Positions 58,646 through 64,000 of a DNA stretch of 64,000 bases are shown in pieces. The notes below the pieces were generated by a model. The model saw only the letters and a list, made by a program, of their open reading frames with translations. It was not told the DNA's origin and ran no database searches. Every line of letters starts with the position of its first letter. Position 1 is the stretch's first letter. Origin of the DNA: Azolla caroliniana. Taxonomy: Eukaryota; Plantae; Polypodiophyta. The translations under genes were made by a program, and so were the position numbers. The DNA is taken from NCBI GenBank assembly GCA_043228905.1, contig JBHGNT010000007.1:682001-746000 (forward strand), written 5' to 3'.

Positions 58646-61641
58646 ATGCACAAACTCGAAAAAGGCGCCAGAATGCACAGACAAAAACCATTGCGCGTAG
58701 AGACCCTCTACTTTCGCGAACCCAGGAGCATAGAAGCACCAAAACGCTGCAAGATCATCAGACGAGAACCTACGCATAGAGAACCCCCGCCTTCTGAACT
58801 CTCTCTTTCTCAACCCCACTCTCATCACCATCCATCCTCGCCACCGCAATCCGACCCCGACACAGAGATGGACCCGCAAATGTTGTCGGAAGCCGCCAAG
58901 ACATGGCTGAAGCAACACGGGCTCGAGGGCTTCTTGATGATGATGGAAGTACCGCCACACAAAGAAGCTGACAAAGTGATCATGGAAATCGATACAGAGG
59001 TCATAACGGCAGAGGCGATTCGAGCGTTAACAGGCCTTCCGGAGGGAGGCATACTCACGATCGACAATCCAACCCCGGAGCAACTCATCAGGTATTTTGG
59101 TGAGTACTCTCTAGCCAGCAAGGGCTACCGGACACAGGGCGGCGGAGATATGTTGTTCCGCGAAATTGCTCGTGTGTTCCATGAATACGACCACGTATAC
59201 CCTAGACCCCCTGTCATGCCGCAGAACCGGGCAGGGATGATCATCACCACCTATGAAGGGATCAAGGTGGATTGGCCGGTATTGATTGCAGATGGGTTGT
59301 GTGCGGCGATCGAGATCGTCAGAGGCAAAGACGGCAAAGAAGGCCGAGATGGACGAAGGATATGGCACGCCGTAACGCAGTGGCTCACCTTACTGGTGCC
59401 ACCCGTTCAGACCGTCCAACCCAAGAAGCGAGGAAGAGTGTCGGACGGCACACCAAGGACGGCTTCCAAACGGCAACAGTTGTTGGCCTCGAAGGCCACT
59501 AAGGGAAAGGCGGGGGATGCAGAACAGGCGGCAGCAGGAAGCGGCAGCCGGAAGTGCCCAATGGAGGCGCAGGAGGAACCACCGGCACGGCCCGTAAAGG
59601 TCACACTCCGACGACCGGTGAATCGAGAAGTGGACCCCTTGGCGGCAAAACTCAATGCCGGAGCTCAAGAGGAGGAAATAGAGGAGGAGCCTACGGAGCA
59701 CCTCCAGCGACGGGCATCGGCAAGAACCGTTGAGACAGCCGGGAAACGTTCCGACCCTCAGACGAAGGGAACACCGGCTCCCCTTACTGAGACTCCCATG
59801 CCAAGGAAGGAACCGGAACCGGTGCAGATGGCACCGGAAACAGAAGCCCCGCCACCACCGGCAACACCGGCAAGTCCCATCCTGCCAGAGCCGGAAAGGT
59901 CACTGTAGCCTCCCTCGGTCAGCCAAGAAGGAGCGCAAGGGGAACCAGGACAACAGGATGGTCCATGGGCAGAAACGGAACTGCAACTCGGCGCGACCAG
60001 GCGGGACCACCCCTCTACAAGTGAGCCCATCTATCAAACCTCCGTGCAAGCAAAACAAGGCACCGGTAGCCTGTGGCTCCGGTGGATAGGCGAATAGATA
60101 GCCGGAGCAGTGGGGTATATTGAGGCGGAAGAAAGAGCGCACAGAGAACGGTTGCTCGTCACAACCGAACAACTAGAGACGGCCCAGTTCAGAATCCGGT
60201 GCCTTGAAAAAGACTTGGATCAGGTCACAACAGAGATGGCCAAAATACGGATCCAATCACCGGTGACTCCGGTAAGTGTACAGAATAAAGAAACGGAACG
60301 ACCTGTACATAGCAATAAGACCCCGGCAACGGAAACCGTTCCGGCGAGAGATGCGGCGCAAGCTCAGGAACTTGCGGAATTGAGAGAGGAACTTGCCGCA
60401 CAAGAAGCGCTAAGGAGCCGTGAACGAGAATTGAAGACGGCGGCCGAAGCCGAATTAAAGAAGACTGCTGAGAACCTCCGCCGGGCAGAGGAGAGCCTCC
60501 GGAAAGGCCATCAAGGGTACGACCGGCTAAAGGAGGAGAAAGACAAAGTGCTGCAGGAAAAGGACAAGTTGCGGAAAACGGCGGAAACAGAGATTGAACG
60601 GCTAAAGGAAGAGCTCCGCCAGCAGAAGGACCGCGAGGACCGGACCCGTCGTCAGATCAACGCACGGCTCAAGCAAAAGACGGATGATTTTGAGCACCTG
60701 CACCGGGACTACAAACGGCTGGAAACGGAGCATAAAGAATGGATGGCCGAGCTCCAACAGGCAGTTGATCGGGCCACGACGACGATCGCCGACGAACGGG
60801 CGGAAAATACAAGACGCTTGGAAGAGGCGGAGAAGGTCCGGATGGAGCTCCAGAGGCAGCAGCAGGAAGACAAAGAGAGAGTGTCAACAGTATTGCAGAA
60901 ATTACAAAGCACATATCAAAGGCAATTGACGCATTACAAGGCGCAGGCGGAGGACAACGTCAAAATCATCAAACAACTGAAGGAGGAACGGCAAGCGGCG
61001 GAAACCAAATCGCAATTGGGAACGAGCCGGATTCAGTCCATCCTCCGGGCATGGCTGAATCAGACGAAACACTTGATTGATGAAAGCTCTGTAAAATGGT
61101 GGACAAAGTGGGCACAAAACGCGGCGGAACTCTAGTTGCTACGGGCGGATGTGGCAAACCGGTGGAAGGAAGGAGATGACTGTTATACGTTGACTTCCGA
61201 GGACTTCACCGCCATACGGGACGAGTTGGCCGACGACTTCCAAGTCGTGGCAGATGAACAGCTGGCGCAGGTCAGGCAGCTCGTAGCTTAGTTGGACGAT
61301 GATAGGCTGGACGCTCAAATCCAGTTTGAAAGCTACGAGCGGTCCCGGGTGCGGGAAGAAAAAGCACGGGAAGCGACAACGGTTAACCTTAGTGATGAGG
61401 AACCGTCGCCGGCTGAGGGCCAGCCGAGAACCAGTCAACCGGAGACCACTACGACGCAGGGAACAACGACGGAGACGCCGGTGTCAGAGCCATAAATGGA
61501 GGAGCAACTGCAGCAACCACCAACGGACCCGCCGCAGCAGACAGCAACAAAGCAGCAGCAACAACAACAACAACAACCACTTCCAGATGAACCCTTGGAG
61601 CCTCTCGAATAAAGCATTCTGGACATTTTGGACGAAGAATA
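58646..61641 (+). pseudogene. Extra ORF of O: globular N-terminus, disordered linker, long coiled coil, poly-Q tail; function unknown
   Basis: ORFs 58646-59908, 60110-61135 and 61292-61495 share one frame, broken only by TAG/TAA point stops. Confidence 0.8.
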
Positions 61642-62489
61642 GCAAGGGTTGGTTATGGATTCGACGTACAAGGTACTGTCCCACGGGCGTGCCATGTGTT
61701 AGCGGCCGGCAAAGGAGTCAAGAGTGGGAAACGGAGAGCTAATTAAGTAGTAGGAATGTGGTTGTAATTAAGCTATGAGTGTGGATGGACGGACCGGAAT
61801 CGGTATGCCGTTCCGGATCCGGACCGATCCCGAACAGGTGCGGATGGCACCGTTTTGTAATACAGACCGGAAACCTATTTAAAGGCCCGGATACAATGTA
61901 ATAGAGAGCGGTTAATTAATGAAAGCTTAAGCGTTGTTATCTCTCTGTGTTAATTGTCGTTCTGTCTTAATTGTTATATCTTACGCGTGTTATGAAGACG
62001 ATCCTAATAAGTAACTTAATTAAGTCGGATTAAGCGTTGAAGTCTAATCCAGTTGCTGTAACACCCTTTGGTGAAGTGTCTCCTGTAGACACCCTGTGTT
62101 AGGCCATTGTCCGGCCCGAAGAGTTAACATTAGCCTCCTTCTCGCTCTCACCAGCTCCCACCGTAAACGTACCTGATCGGTTACGAATCGATCAAACAAT
62201 CCTAGTCTTGCCGACTTCCTTCGGTTCGTGCCCGGTTGACCGGCCCCCGCTTCACTCTTCTTCCGCTCCGCCTCCCGGTCGGGTCGGATTACCGACCGGC
62301 TCATCTTTCGGTCGGGTCGGTTCCCGACTCGCTCCTCGATGCCGCTCCAGACCTCTCCTTCGGTCTTTTCGCACGTGCCCACTCCGGGCCTCTCATCCTC
62401 ACGGCCGCCGCCCATCTCTCCGGTCTTATGTCCGCGCTCAGGCGCAACCGCCGAAGTCTCCGGCCCCGGTGTCGAGGGATCTCGCCTCC

Positions 62490-63370
62490 GTCCGCTACAA
62501 ACCTCCTCTTCGTCATTTCGGTTGCCCGCCTTGCCGCCGCCACTGTCCGTCTCTCTAGGTCTCACACCGGCTCTCGGGCCAGTTGCCGGAGTCTCTAGGA
62601 CCGGTGTGTGGAAGGTCGCGGCATCGCCGCTCGTCTCCTCTTCTTCCTCAATTTTGCAAGCCTCGAGTATGCTCGCGAAATCCTCGTAGAACATTTCGGG
62701 CAACCGTGTCCCGAAACTTTCGCCTACTCTTGAAGTGGCGTCCATTGCTCCGTAGATATCGGCCTCATCCATGGCCGTCCTCTTTCCACAAGTCGAGAGG
62801 GTTGCTCGTTCCGCAACTCTCCCACATCATCGCCGTGGTCACCCGCCTTGCCGCCGCCACCGTCCATTACCCTAGGTCTCACGCGGGTACTCGGGCCGGC
62901 CGCCGGGGTCTCTTGAACCGGTGCGTGTAAGGTAGCAACGCCGCTGCTCGTCAATGCTATGCCCTTAGCCACCTCCATTCGGACATCGTCGTCTGTGGCT
63001 ACCCCACCTTCGTATATGCAAGCATCAATTATGCTTGCCACCTCCTCTTCCACGGTCTCCTTACCGTTGACTTGGTTGCCCGCCTTGCCGCCGCCACCGC
63101 CCGTCGCTCTAGGTCTCACGCCGGCAATCGGGCCGACCGTCCGTGCCTCTAGGGCCGGTGTGGGTAAGGACTCGGCACCGCCACTTGTTTCGTTCATAGC
63201 CACCTCCATTCGGTCATCGTCGTCCGTGGCTACCCCGTCTTCGTTTACGCTTGCCGCCACCTCTTCCTCGTCGTTCTCGCCGTCGTGGTAGCCCGCCTTG
63301 CCGCCGCCACTGCCCCTCGCTCTAGGTCTCATGCCGGAGCCTCTAGGAACGGTGCGGGTAAGGACCCGAC
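62490..63370 (-). repeat. Four imperfect copies of an internal repeat unit in N
   Basis: CCCGCCTTGCCGCCGCCAC...CTAGGTCTCA recurs near 62525, 62841, 63079 and 63292. Confidence 0.85.
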
Positions 63371-64000
63371 ACCTCCGCTCGTCGTTGCTGTAGCCGCCTC
63401 CCCACTCGATGTTTCGGGCCGCCATGCTCCGAATCCGTAGTTACAGGCCTCCATGGCCGTCCCTTCACCGCAAGGCAAGAGGGTCGCTTACTCCGCACCC
63501 TCTCCCATGTTGCCGTCGTACGCTCTTTCGGCCTCCGCATAGGCCCCGTCATCCACGCCTAGGGAGGCTTCTTTGTCCGCATCCTTCGATCCGCTCGGGC
63601 CCGACTCCGCAATAAGCCGTTCTTCGGCTTTGATTTGTGCCTCTACGATCTCGTACGCTTCCCACACCAAGACTTCGATGTCGAGCTCCTCCGAACCGAT
63701 TTGCGTTGAGCTCTCTTCCGGCGGTAGTGCGTAGTCGGTCGCCGCTCTCTCTTCTCCGCCGCTCATGAACCAAACGACTACCCGAAACCCTAACCAACGA
63801 CGATGAAGATAAAGATAAAGAAACCCTAACCCTAGACCTAACACTCGACCTATGTGGTATACCTCGCACACTCAAAATAGGCAACCCCCACAATGGTGCC
63901 TTCCCTCTCCTTTTACAGCACAAGGAGGGAAGATCGTTTACAAAAGTGAGACTAAAATATCCCCTTTCATTCAAAGGGGATATTTGCCTTGATTTGGGGA

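Larger units (their letters stand above)
52890..62129 (+). mobile_element. Ty3/Gypsy non-chromovirus element O (Athila/Tat/Phygy/Selgy side) with an extra 3' ORF
   Basis: 433-bp LTRs 52890-53322 and 61697-62129; TSD TTAGC; Trp-like PBS TGGTGACCACGA at about 53330. Confidence 0.94.
50739..64000 (-). mobile_element. Non-autonomous LTR element N (K family), interrupted by O; runs off the window
   Basis: 3' LTR 50739-51494 TG..CA; G-rich PPT complement TCCGCCCCCACCT at 51495; second, truncated LTR copy from about 63769; internal region repetitive with no RT or integrase motifs. Confidence 0.82.

Noticed and set aside
58646-61641. Envelope gene
   Set aside because: No signal peptide or transmembrane segment visible.

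Overview
The window is a fully nested retrotransposon cluster from a plant nuclear genome, and I found no host protein gene. A non-seed plant is inferred from the mix of a Tcn1-type chromovirus, an RTEX-like LINE and Bryco-like Copias. From LTR termini, PBS/PPT and target-site duplications (TSDs) I reconstruct about 15 insertions in two stacks. Stack 1: Copia E contains C, which contains A, which contains B; E also contains D, which holds a mitochondrial 18S rRNA insert and young Copia F. Stack 2: Copia L contains J, which holds a LINE > solo LTR P > chromovirus G series and gypsy remnant K > intact Copia H; L also contains M > N > O. Only about 140 bp (27457-27595) lies outside any element. 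The most notable signals are: (1) mitochondrial rrn18 captured inside a Copia gag with a 5'-inverted, twin-priming-like geometry; (2) antisense tRNA-like A/B-box modules with identical spacing in two unrelated LTRs; (3) a Tf1-type self-priming PBS and a -1 frameshift signal in chromovirus G; (4) duplicated PPTs bracketing a variable post-RNase H tail in the Bryco-like Copias; (5) a ~1000-codon extra ORF in gypsy O. Coordinates were read by eye and may be off by a few bases; clade names come from motif recognition, not database searches.
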